Source: Basidiobolus meristosporus CBS 931.73
Taxonomy: Eukaryota > Fungi > Basidiobolomycota
Length of the DNA: 64,000 bases
NCBI GenBank assembly: GCA_002104905.1
Contig: MCFE01000314.1
Coordinates: 33,367 to 97,366, forward strand
Direction of reading: 5' to 3'
The position numbers and the translations under genes were made by a program. How positions within the stretch are numbered: position 1 is the first letter of the stretch; every line of letters starts with the position of its first letter. This document shows positions 1 to 10,334 of the stretch, in pieces. Below the pieces are notes generated by a model. That model was not told the DNA's origin and did no database searches. It saw only the letters and a list, made by a program, of their open reading frames with translations.

Positions 1-511
1 CCCATTTCACCCGAATCCACTATCATGGCTAACCTGCTAAATCTCTCGATTCCTGTAGCTGGTGTAAACGAAACTCTCACGATCGGCCAGGCTGGATTTC
101 CATTCACGAAAACAAAGAAAACGATCCGACATTGTCAGGAAACCAGACCCATACCTGGACCAGGAGAGTGGACGATTGATACTTCACTTCCGCGGCGCCA
201 AGGCTCCACCACAGGCGCTTGAGTGTTTGTACATTTCGCATTTGCGTATGTCTTCAGCGTGTACATATATTGATAAATCATTGAACATGAGGCATCTTCC
301 ACTAGAGTTGGATACTGCTGTTCCACGTTGGTACATGTTACATAATGCTTTAATTGGATATATTAGTCAACGAACACAGATTCCACCAAAGGATTAATGA
401 GAATGAATACAAGAATTAGGCTTCCCCCCCCCAAGAACATGTAGTAGTAGTAGTAGGATATGTATAACTGAGTGGGAATCAAAACTTGGGTGGGTGCCGA
501 AGTTATGGAAA

Positions 512-1764
512 TTAATACCGGCTGGGATAGTAGTCCGACTCTGGGTCTTCCAAGAACCCCTTGACCTCCCATTGATCTGGCTTGTAATCCACGGTATATT
601 CCAGGTCATCTTTGGTGATGGAATCCCAGTACTTGTAGACCATCATGACTGCGAACAGGGTGCACAGGACAGTGAAGAACAGCCCATCAATATAATGGGA
701 GATCAAGGAGCACACATCGTTGGTAAACACCAACAGAATAACCTGCCCTATGGCAAATGATAAACCGGCCATCAGCATGTCCCCTAGGATAAAGCAGAAT
801 TAGTATGGACAATCAGGCGACTTGTGGTTGGCATCGGTCTACCTAGAGGCCAGCGGTCGTTTAGGGTGTTAACGACCAGGATGATTTGAAGAATGAAATA
901 GATCAGGAGAGCAGCGCCGTTAAAGATGAAGTAAATGATCCAAAGTATCAATGGATTTCCAGCACTAAGCACGCCGGAACTACCGAACATGTTGCGGAAA
1001 GTTGCGACTGACACGAAGAAAGTCAACCCCCAAACAAGCAAAGAAGTGATACGGATTGACTAGAAGTTTCGTTAGGATCGGATTGAATGCAGATCAACAG
1101 CAGTGTAGTGTTTACCCAGAGCGATAAAGGAGTTCCGTCCTCGGCAAACTGAAATCCGACGAACCCGTTCAGAAGCAAGCACCATACCGAAGCGGTTATC
1201 AATCCAATATGTGCGGCTACAAACCACTATATCATCACCGGAACATGTAAATAAATGGAATGGCCAAGTGAGAGGAATTGAAGGGAACTAACGGGATATA
1301 CGCTTGAAGAGATGGGGATAAATCCTCCAATTAGCAAGAACTCTAGAAGCACCGTCACCGTGTACAAGTAGAAAAAGGACAGCATTTCCTGACGACCTGG
1401 TAGCTTCTATTAGTATCCGGACACCAGTTGGCTCAGCTTTGCCTTTTTAACTTGCACTTACCGACTGCGGTGTATTTAACTCGAATATTGTAGATCATTA
1501 CCACCGTCATAAGTATCGCGATAATGTACGCGGCCAGTGCACCTTTAACATAGCAAGAAGTCAATCACCCTGTTGTTGGTTTAGCCCGGTAGGCCAGTGA
1601 ATTCACATACCAGGTTGGAAAACCAGAAACCCGCCGAAGTCTAAATTACGCGAAAAGCATACGGGAATGGTGCGAGAGGCCTGTGGGCCAACCAAAGGGC
1701 ATAAGGGAAAGGCCAGAGTGCCGCAAAACTGGTCAAAGCTGCCAAACTTTAGTGTTGTCAGCAT
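512..1764 (-). CDS. CHS7: Chitin synthase III export chaperone Chs7 family, multi-exon
   Basis: Manual splicing gives [15 protein letters not shown]...[16 protein letters not shown] / [24 protein letters not shown] / [11 protein letters not shown]... / [17 protein letters not shown] / ...[18 protein letters not shown]. These are hallmark Chs7 motifs joined across GT-AG introns. The 3' end could extend through a further intron. Confidence 0.9.
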
Positions 1765-2869
1765 TGGGTATTATGTACGAGTTGTGTGAAGAGTAAGTAC
1801 AAAGTGAGAATGAAAGGATGAAGGCGAAACTGGAATAGTTCCTAAAATGTGGTTGCAAGAATCAAAAACGCTACAAGGAGAAGGGTGAGAGTTGCCGAGT
1901 GCTGGATGTTAATATATATTGAGACGGTTGAAAATGGAGGCAGACGCTACAATAAGAACAATATGATTCAACTGGAATTCAACCCAGATATTCGATGGCG
2001 CATCCTAAGACTTGTTTGCACCTGCCATTTTGGGACTCAATCAGACTTAAGAACATGCCTAGCTATAGATTACCAATTTCCCCTAATTAGACAATAGTGG
2101 TGTGGATGCCCAACGACAATAACCAACAAAGGACTGGAATTTTCGGTTGTCAACCACCCACTACAATGCGAACAATCTCTTCGTTGGCAGCGAGAATTGT
2201 GAACAACTCCATTGTGCCGACGGTCAGTTGGGATGACAACTAGAATATCACATATTGGCCAGGTTCCGTTCTCTGCATTGTTAACCAAATTTGTCTCGAC
2301 ACACAAATGATGTTAGGTTTTTTTTCCATTTTCGGCCACAATTGTCCCCACAGAAGGACCAGTCAATGAGATTGATTGGTTGCATATTAGATTAGATTTA
2401 AACTTTTAAAATCACCCATGATAGTAAGCCAGTGTGCGCTCTTGATTGGCCGATATTCAGGAATTCATTCTTATTTTTAGCTTTTATCAAAGCTCGAATT
2501 GTACAGGCGAGATTATTCAGGTTGACGTATTGGGCATAACCCGCGCTCACCGTGTCACCAAGCGGAGGTTACTTCTTCGAAATAGTGCATAAATTATGTT
2601 CAACTTTGTGACACAAAACGGATTCATTCCAGCCAGAACACTCGAGTTTCCATATGTACTTCGTTTCATCTGAACTTCTTTATGAACACCACGGGGATTG
2701 AAAAGCGAGGTAAATGAAAACTAGCATTTGAGCATCGTCAGCGAAAATGACCAGGGGATTTACACCGAAAATCTGTGACCAGTGATGGGTTGTCTGGCCA
2801 GTGGGTCTAAGCTACGCAATGTAGAGCCCAATCAGTTCCCGTGCTATGCATTAATCAACACCACATGAT

Positions 2870-4121
2870 TCATCTGATGGAATAGTGAGAGATGCGCGTA
2901 TTTCCGGAGTCTCGTTTGGATGCTGTCCGTCTTGGGATGCTACTATTGCTAGTTCGTGAATAGACGGTTTCTTCTGATAATGCCTTGGGCTTATCCAAAC
3001 ATGCAAGCGGCAATGCTCCCTCGCCGCCACGAGTGAGGTTGCGGCCCACACCCCAGCCATCTTCGAATGACATCAATATGGCTACTCTATCATTTGGTAG
3101 GATATGTAGTTCGTCGGGTAGTATAGGTTCGTAGGGATATATACATGTATATACTGAGGGGAGAGATGCCATGTGATCGGTATCTATGGTTGGACTTCTT
3201 GTATCTGAGGGCGATGTACTCGGATTGAGGTTATCGATGCTGCCAGTGATCTGGGTATGCTGCCGCTTCTTTTTGAAATAATACCATAGACCGGCAACCA
3301 AACCAATCATGCCCAGACAGCCCAGTACGATGGGTAGGATTAATATGAGCTGCTTTCTAGATGTGTTATTGTTGGATATGCACGAGCGGCCGCTATCCGA
3401 GTTGCAGCACGCCGCTTGTGGGTTATTAGCGCAGTAAATACAAAAAGCCGTGCGATCCAGGGTAAGCGAATAGCCTTAATACAAGTCAAAGAGTAAGTAA
3501 ATGTATACTTTGATGAAAAAGGATAAACATACCGCAAACAGTATCTGGGGAGTCCTTAGGCTGTACACAATCTGTCTGAGTACCATTAAATGGAAAAGAA
3601 CCGCACCAGCCTTGGGTAATTGTGGCTCTTTTTGTTTCCAGGTCACCAGGCGATTTACAAAGTGTCTGGTTGCCCCACAGGAATTCCCACTGCTTTACGT
3701 TGGCAACACAATCCGTTAGACAAGTTGGTGGTACTGGATTGTTCAAATTGCACGTTTTAGAGAGGGGATTTTCCAAAAGCGTTCTACAATAAAATAGCGA
3801 ACGAAATGGCGGGAAATAAACACCGTCCCAAGTGCTCAGTGGGTTGCAATTGAAGTAGCTCGAAATCCTCATAATGTCCTGTGGCGAACCAAAATAATAC
3901 TCCATAGCCCGGTCAAGTGCGACCGCATTAGTGACTACGTTCCCATCTATCAGCATTTTGTTGGAGAGATAATAGTTGCCGTAACTTCCGCCACAGTATT
4001 TGGAACTACTTAAGGCGTAACAACCGGGGGGAGCTTCAGTTTCCTTGGACTGACTATATGTTTGTGGGGTTGAATCTAGAAGCAGCAGGAGAATTGGAAG
4101 AAGGTAGCGTTTTACCTTCAT
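2870..4121 (-). CDS. Single-pass membrane protein: signal peptide, Cys-rich ectodomain, TM helix, cytoplasmic SH3 domain (2 exons)
   Basis: ORF 3486-4121 (hydrophobic N-terminus, many Cys) splices at ~3533 to an exon giving ...AFCIYCANNPQAACC...LILILPIVLGCLGMIGLVAGLWYYFKKKR (TM plus basic stop-transfer). It then reads YTCIYPYEPILPDELHILPNDRVAILMSFEDGWGVG...GALP, an SH3 consensus. Confidence 0.85.
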
Positions 4122-4637
4122 GTGATTAAATAATAGGTAGAGAAATGCAGTGTGGGTTGAAAAGAGAGGAGGTAAAGACTACAGAATATATAATGCACAC
4201 TATTTTTAGAAAAGGAAAAGGTGGCGAGGGTAGGGAAAATAAAGGAATTATCTGAGATGGTACATGAAATAAGTATCTGAGACTTCCAAGTAAATGTCCA
4301 CTAACATTGAGAAATGGAAGGTGATTGGTTTGGCTGATATTGAAGCTAAACGTGCCAATTGACACAAAGTGGGCGGTTTGCAGCCACCGAAAGCAATATC
4401 GAATATTCCATTTGTACAAATTGTTTGGCTGAACGGTCTCTAACCTAACCCAAAATCATTGAACATTCTCAAAAACCATCGACTTGTTGACCCCTCGGCG
4501 TCGGTAGCGATATTCTTAGTACAATGGATCATCGAATAAAATGGCCCGTCAGTCTGGATAAAGTATATTTCTATGAGTGAATATGGAATGGAGAAAGTAT
4601 ATTTCTGAGTGAATGCGGAGTGGTCGAGTGAATGCAG

Positions 4638-5099
4638 CTATTTCTTCATCGATTTCTCCATTTCTAAAAACGCCTTCATGGCAGGATCTATGTCGGATTC
4701 CTTGCTCAACTCCTGCTCTAAATCTTGGGGCAGTGATTCACCTCGAGCTTGATAACTACTCTTGATCTTGTTGACTGCCGCGTTGAATTCCTTCATATCA
4801 TCATTGTATATATCCCATACGCTAGAATCACTTCAGCACGGTTGTTATAAGCATATGTATAGAGCACCGTGGCTTACCAGTTCACGCATCCACTAGAAAG
4901 CAAGCGGGTTAAATTTGCGTTTGACTGAATCGAGCAAACTTGCGCTTTACCTCATGCAGCAAGTAGTTGGTTCTTGCGGTCTTTCCGGAAGTCCATATTT
5001 CTTCAGAACCGCCGAGGTGAACAACCTGTGGAAGGGTCTGTTATGCAATAGTCTAATACAGGGGTGTGGGAAATTCTTGCTAACGGAGAGGGCAAGCAT
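4638..5099 (-). CDS. Oxidoreductase-like domain protein (Oxidored-like/OXLD1 type), probably mitochondrial; 3 exons incl. a 15-nt micro-exon
   Basis: Not in the ORF track. Splicing 5099-4950, 4892-4878 and ~4823-4638 gives MLALSVSKNF...PERPQEPTTCCMSGCVNCVWDIYNDDMKEF...IDPAMKAFLEMEKSMKK*. The P-x-x-CCMSGCxxCVWD motif defines the family. Confidence 0.85.
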
Positions 5100-5171
5100 G
5101 ATTGTCAATGACGGAGGGATTGATTAGCTATGCCAGTTAAATAATCAACTATGCCCCTCTGCTCGCGAGAA

Positions 5172-5184
5172 CACGTGACACGTG
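5172..5184. promoter_or_regulatory. Tandem CACGTG E-boxes (RTCACGTG, bHLH/Cbf1-type) upstream of the OXLD1-like gene
   Basis: CACGTG at 5172-5177 and 5179-5184, ~75 bp upstream of ATG 5099. The same motif recurs at 8905, 15899 and 24086. Confidence 0.45.
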
Positions 5185-5550
5185 CCTTTTGGGGCATCGG
5201 TGGCATTAGTCAGAGATTTGTAATCATCTGCCGCAGAGCTGTCTACAATATATTTATTATATTTTTTCATCGGTTTTCTTGCGAAAGTGGGAAGATTGTG
5301 GTGGACAGATGAAAGTATTCACAAAGAGACAAAATAACTAAAAAGTATTGCGCGTGTTCGAATGGTGATGAAATAAAGATAAGAATATCGGGATAGGAAG
5401 AAGCCATAGAATCAATTCAACCGGTCTTGAAAAATCAGAGAGGTTCTCTCTAATATCTATATAATAGTGGGATTATATTGGGTGGAAAGCGAGGGAGAAA
5501 CGTTTATACTTTCTAACTACATTTCTCTGTTGCATATCCTTTCTACCAAT

Positions 5551-7185
5551 TTATTCTGACTTCTTCTTCTTCTTCTTATCCTTCTTCTCCTTCTTGTCCG
5601 ACTTCTTCTCAGCCTTTTCTACCTTCTTCTCTCCCTTCTCAGTCTTCTTCTTTTTCTTCTTCTTGTCAGCGTCATCTTCGGCATCACGCTTCTTGGCAGG
5701 GGCAGCGACTTCCTCATCCTCATCATCAAGGTTGTCCATAACGGACTTCATGACATCAGCATTCTTGGAGGGGGCAGCTCCAGATTCGTAGAAAGCCAAT
5801 CTGTCCTCAACTTGTTGCTTAAGAGCCTCACCAAACTTGGTGGTGGGCTTCTCGAGGAAGCAATCGATACGGGAAGCAATGGAACATTTGTTGGCAAGGA
5901 AACGAGAAACGCGTCCCTTGTTCTTGGTTCCAGCACGACCAATGAAGGAGGAGTGGTAGATGAGACCGTACTTGGGGGTGTTGCCCTTGGTCTTGAGGGC
6001 TCTGAAGAGGGCCTTTTCGGCACCGAGGATTTGAACAGTGGAGGCAGGGTACTTGGCAAGGTTGGTCAAGGAACCGGCGTGGGAAATAAGACGAGCACCA
6101 ACAACTTCACCAATAAGTTGGGAAAGATTGGGAGCAATGTGAGACATCTTGCTGTTCAAGTAATCGTGAAGCTCCTTGCGGTAGTTGGAAAGGGAGACGA
6201 CACGAGTAGCGAAGTTCTCGATGTTGAGCATGTCAAACTCGGAGATGTCGGTACCCATGGAGGTACGGGCAGCATCCAAGATTTGCTTGGCCTTGTCGGC
6301 ATCACCAGTGATCTCCTCGAGGGCTTCGAGGCTCTCCTCACTCAAAGAGCTCTTGTTCTTGACAAGCTTAGCAACCTGAGCGAATTGGGCGTTGTCGTTG
6401 ACAATCTTGGAGAGTTCGGGGAAGTGCCATCCGTACCATTCTCTGACGCGCATGGAGAATGTGTTAAGATCTTTGTCAAGTTGATCGAGCAAAGCAATGG
6501 CTTGGATAACCATGTTGTCGGAACGGTTGACGTTGAACTTAACCTTGGCACGGGAGTAGGAGTGACCCAAACCCAATTGTGCTTTCTCCAAATCGCCCTC
6601 CTTCAATTGCTTGAGGAGCTTATCAGCGTGGAATCTGATACCACGAATGAGCTCTTGGGCAAGCTCACCAGTGGAGCACTCAATACCGAGTTCGGCCTTG
6701 ATGGAACCGGCAAGGTTCTTCTCGGTAACGCCCAACTCAACCTTGGACTTCTTGCTAGATTTGGGGAGGTTCATCTCGAGGAAGGCCTTCAAGGTCTCGT
6801 TACAGATACCTGATAGAGAAGGTTTAGCTAGGGGTCCGGAGCACACGCAATATTATCCACGATTTACCTTCGGAAACGTCGTTGGCGTTTTCCAAAGCGT
6901 GAGCGGCGTTCTTGAAAGGAACGAATGACTTGAGCTTGATCATTTTGCCGAATTTGGCGAGATCCAAGAAGCTTTCTTGAACCTCGTCAAGCTTTGAACC
7001 GATTTCCTCGGATTCGAGTCTCTCAAAGAGAGCGTAGCCAGAAGCACTTTCGAACAAGACGTAGTTGACCTAACAATATAAGAACAGCCTCGGTAAGTAA
7101 CAGGTATCATACGCAGGGGAGGCATAGAGGACACTAGGATAAAACTAGAGGGAGGATAGATAATAGAAGATAGGACGCTAACCAT
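5551..7185 (-). CDS. NOP56: Nucleolar protein 56 (box C/D snoRNP core)
   Basis: [16 protein letters not shown] start; Nop domain ([43 protein letters not shown]); [21 protein letters not shown]; K/E-rich tail; two introns; strong codon bias. Confidence 0.96.
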
Positions 7186-7670
7186 GACTGAAAAACAGAA
7201 CTCTCGGTATGTGGTTAGTTGGTAAGGAGAAACGCACGACCAAGTTAGAAAAGAGACTGTTGGTAGTTGGTTTTTCTATTTCATGAATACCAAACTCTCG
7301 GTCACTACCTTTTTTCCAACATTTTCAGTCAAGAAAAAAAAATCACTTTTTTTCTGAATTCACTGATCATTGGCTCCTACACACCATTCTAGTATTAGCT
7401 TTTGATTTTTCTCTTTTTTTTCCTAGTCATTTTTTTTTCCACCGAGAGTAAAAAAACGAGCCATTCTCTGGGCATTTGGTGTATACTTTGGGCAAATTAG
7501 TGTTTACTTTATGTAATTAGACTAGATGAATGGGGTAGGGATAGAGTAGCGCTTGAGGTAGATTGGACTGTGACGGGTATAGGGAACGGGCTATTACATA
7601 GGACTGGCGACTGAGATTAAGGCAAGGTTGGGTAGAGAGACGCCGATGTATATACAATTTATGTGTATTA

Positions 7671-8564
7671 TCATACAATCAAATTGGGATCCGGCCATTC
7701 GACACCGCTCATAAGCTTGTGAAAATTATACATGCACTGCCGCTCGTTTTCGTTCAGCTTCTCTTCGCTTTCGAAGCAGTTTTCGATACACTCCCGGGAC
7801 AGCTGGACCAGCTTCACTACATCTTCTGTCTCGAGGTCTCCAGGGAACACCGCATTCAACGCATAATGCACCGCAAAAATCGCCTCGCGACCGCCCTTGA
7901 ATTCCAAGTACTTTGGGTTGAAAGCCTGTAGCTCCTGCTCAAACTTGGCCACAATGCTCTCTTGTTTTTCCCCATGTGGCATGAAGAAGTTGACATATGA
8001 GTAGGTGTATATTCTATCCGCAATGGTGTGGTACAGTCGATCAAGGTTATCAGGATCTTCGCCGGCACCGGACTTCGTTGGGATGTAGTCGGGCAAGTGG
8101 CTCATGAGCCTGACTGCGAAGTAGATAGCTCTTGCCTTGCATATACCCTGCTCAGGGAAAAAGATGTCGTATATATCCGATCCCTGGGCTCCTTCCTTTC
8201 GTTGTTTAATCAATAAACGCATGGTACGGACAAAGTTTCCAGAACTTCGTGGAGTGAGGGTGGGGTTCCGGCGTAGAGTGGTAGGCTCGGTTTGCTTTGG
8301 GCTAGGTTGGGGTGAATGAGGGGGAGTAATGGGCCGCTCTGGGTATGTTTGGGGAAGGTAATTAGTGTGTTGATAATATTCTCGCTCAGAGTCATCTAAG
8401 TCTAGGTCATCCTGGAAGCGGTGATAACTGTTTTCTACAGTTGTGGAGTGGGTCCCTTTGGGGAGATGCGCTTTGGTTTTCTCAGTTACTCGACGAATGG
8501 CTTTGGTTAAACGCTTATTCAACATTACGTTTTGGATGGGACGGTCAAGTGTATGTTGAAACAA
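7671..8564 (-). CDS. Hypothetical protein, 297 aa, intronless; disordered N-half and helical C-half
   Basis: Long ATG-initiated ORF with plausible composition. An RTCACGTG element lies upstream at 8905. No family recognised. Confidence 0.7.
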   Translation of the reverse strand: MFQHTLDRPIQNVMLNKRLTKAIRRVTEKTKAHLPKGTHSTTVENSYHRFQDDLDLDDSEREYYQHTNYLPQTYPERPITPPHSPQPSPKQTEPTTLRRNPTLTPRSSGNFVRTMRLLIKQRKEGAQGSDIYDIFFPEQGICKARAIYFAVRLMSHLPDYIPTKSGAGEDPDNLDRLYHTIADRIYTYSYVNFFMPHGEKQESIVAKFEQELQAFNPKYLEFKGGREAIFAVHYALNAVFPGDLETEDVVKLVQLSRECIENCFESEEKLNENERQCMYNFHKLMSGVEWPDPNLIV

Positions 8565-8954
8565 TAATGTGCGCAGAGTAAAATGGGGGGGGTGTACTTC
8601 GAAAGACTACGGATACGATAAATCGGATAATTCAATAAGGTTAACAGCCACCTGGATCTATGAAGTGATATGCTGTGAGGTAAATAATAGAGGAATGATG
8701 GAGATGTAGGCCAAGATTGGTTCAAAGCGTCAGACAGATATATAAAAGCGTGCCTTGTGAAGCCAGCCTGTGATTTTATATTCAATAAACGCTCACAACA
8801 AAATTATCCGATCTTTATCTGAATAAATTTGGTGAACCCTACATAATCGAAGTGGCTGTCTTCATACGCACACACGCATCAAAATAAAGGCAAGGTCACA
8901 TCAATCACGTGGCTGATTATCCAGATTGTTTATCCAACACAGTTAATTCCATGG

Positions 8955-9897
8955 CTAAATATCGCCCCACACACGAACATCGGGCCAGGAAGAGGCGACT
9001 TGCTGAATGAATGATTTTGCCAGTAGGCGATGCATGTGAAGAGTTACATGCACAGGATCCCAAAATAGGTAGTCATCTGTGTTCTCACATTGGCTAGCGT
9101 ACCCTTCTGGCACGTGGAATATACAAGGCCTGTGAGTAACCGGGAAGGTCCCATCCTCCATGGCTTTAACGAAAACCCGGTGTATGTCCCATAGGACAAC
9201 TTTGCGCCGCGCGGCAAAGAATGCTGCCAATGAGAGAATCTGTCTATTGTAAGCGTCAACAACCGTCCGAAGCCGGTCTTGTTTAATTCGATCGAATCGA
9301 GCCCCTGGAAAGCGATCCAAAGGTGGAAGTGTGGTCAGGATGATATTATGGACCCCATTTCTGGTCAGACGATAGATGGACTCTCGGAACGCTCTGATCA
9401 TCTGATATGGGTTCGCCTCTGGATCGTCCAAAAACTCCAGTCCGTTGAAAAAGATCACCACCAACGCGCGTAGAATTCTATCAGGCGGCACGGCCAAGAA
9501 GTCCTCTACTTGCTGTGTGATGCTGGGGATTGCGAGGCTTTCCGTGACGTTGGGGGCTTGAGTGACTTCATCAGCTTAACCAATAGTAGTTAGCAGGAGT
9601 TAATCATCGGGGTTTGGCATGAATACCTCGACATCCACCGTAGGCATACATCAGGAGCGGAACATTTAGCGGTGGTGATGCAAGCTCAGACCATACCTGG
9701 TCATTGGAAAATCTGCCTCGGAAATATGGTCTTTGAGGCCAATGATTGCTGGTTGAGGTGAACGTGTTTCCAGTGTCGCTGTACCCATCTCCGATCACAA
9801 CTAAACTTTGGATGGACGGCTGCCTTTGTGCGGTAATAAGACATGCGAAGTGCCACGCAATTGAGACATAGCTTAGGGTTATGTAAGTTCGTCTCAT
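8955..9897 (-). CDS. Secreted SGNH/GDSL hydrolase-like protein (CE16/thermolabile-haemolysin-like), catalytic motif altered
   Basis: Signal peptide; VVIGDGYSDTGN, GRFSNDQVWSE, YAYGG, then one intron, then TLPPLDRFP and YLFWDPVHVT (DxxH). Confidence 0.85.
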
Positions 9898-10334
9898 CGT
9901 GCTTAGCAGTCACCTGTCCCACTGGAGGGTTTATATTTAATTTGATTTCTAAGCCGAATCCATATAGGTTGATTAATTCAAGCCCGCAGCTTGATTGGCT
10001 ATGCGGGCGCCTTACCCCACCATAATATGCTTAGAGATACCAAGGTTACATGGGGGAAAATATATCCACAGAACTACCAATTATATTCAGAATTGGTATA
10101 ATGAAGTTGGGCTATGTGCTTTGGTGCCTGCGGTCCAATAAGTTAGGCAAGCAAGAGTTCAAAAAAATTTCTTCGTCCAATCAACCAAATGTGGAAATCT
10201 GCTTATGATAAGTCAAGTTATGGATGCGCACATGTGTGGAGTCGGTGCTGTTAAATTTTGCACTGTGGGTGGCATTCTTCTTTGTCTAGTTCACTGTCTT
10301 GTATATCCCGTCGAGTGCTTGATATTTGGCAGCC

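Noticed and set aside
1-400. Gene fragment on the minus strand left of CHS7
   Set aside because: Only short ORFs and one possible splice pair; no recognisable protein and no way to verify at the window edge.
1849-2860. Short ORFs between CHS7 and the SH3 gene
   Set aside because: No coding bias or motifs. The region looks like promoter/UTR with CCAAT boxes.
4552-4632. Imperfect repeats (aaagtatatttct..gagtgaat) resembling a CRISPR-like or regulatory array
   Set aside because: Only 2-3 degenerate copies without regular spacers, in a eukaryotic 3' UTR; most likely slippage.
5812-6813. 333-aa antisense ORF over NOP56, and antisense ORFs over typA (10697-12433)
   Set aside because: These are shadow ORFs expected from strong codon bias on the coding strand. 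They show no recognisable motifs.
7070-7182. Intronic box C/D snoRNA in NOP56
   Set aside because: No RUGAUGA box C or CUGA box D, and no terminal stem, was found.
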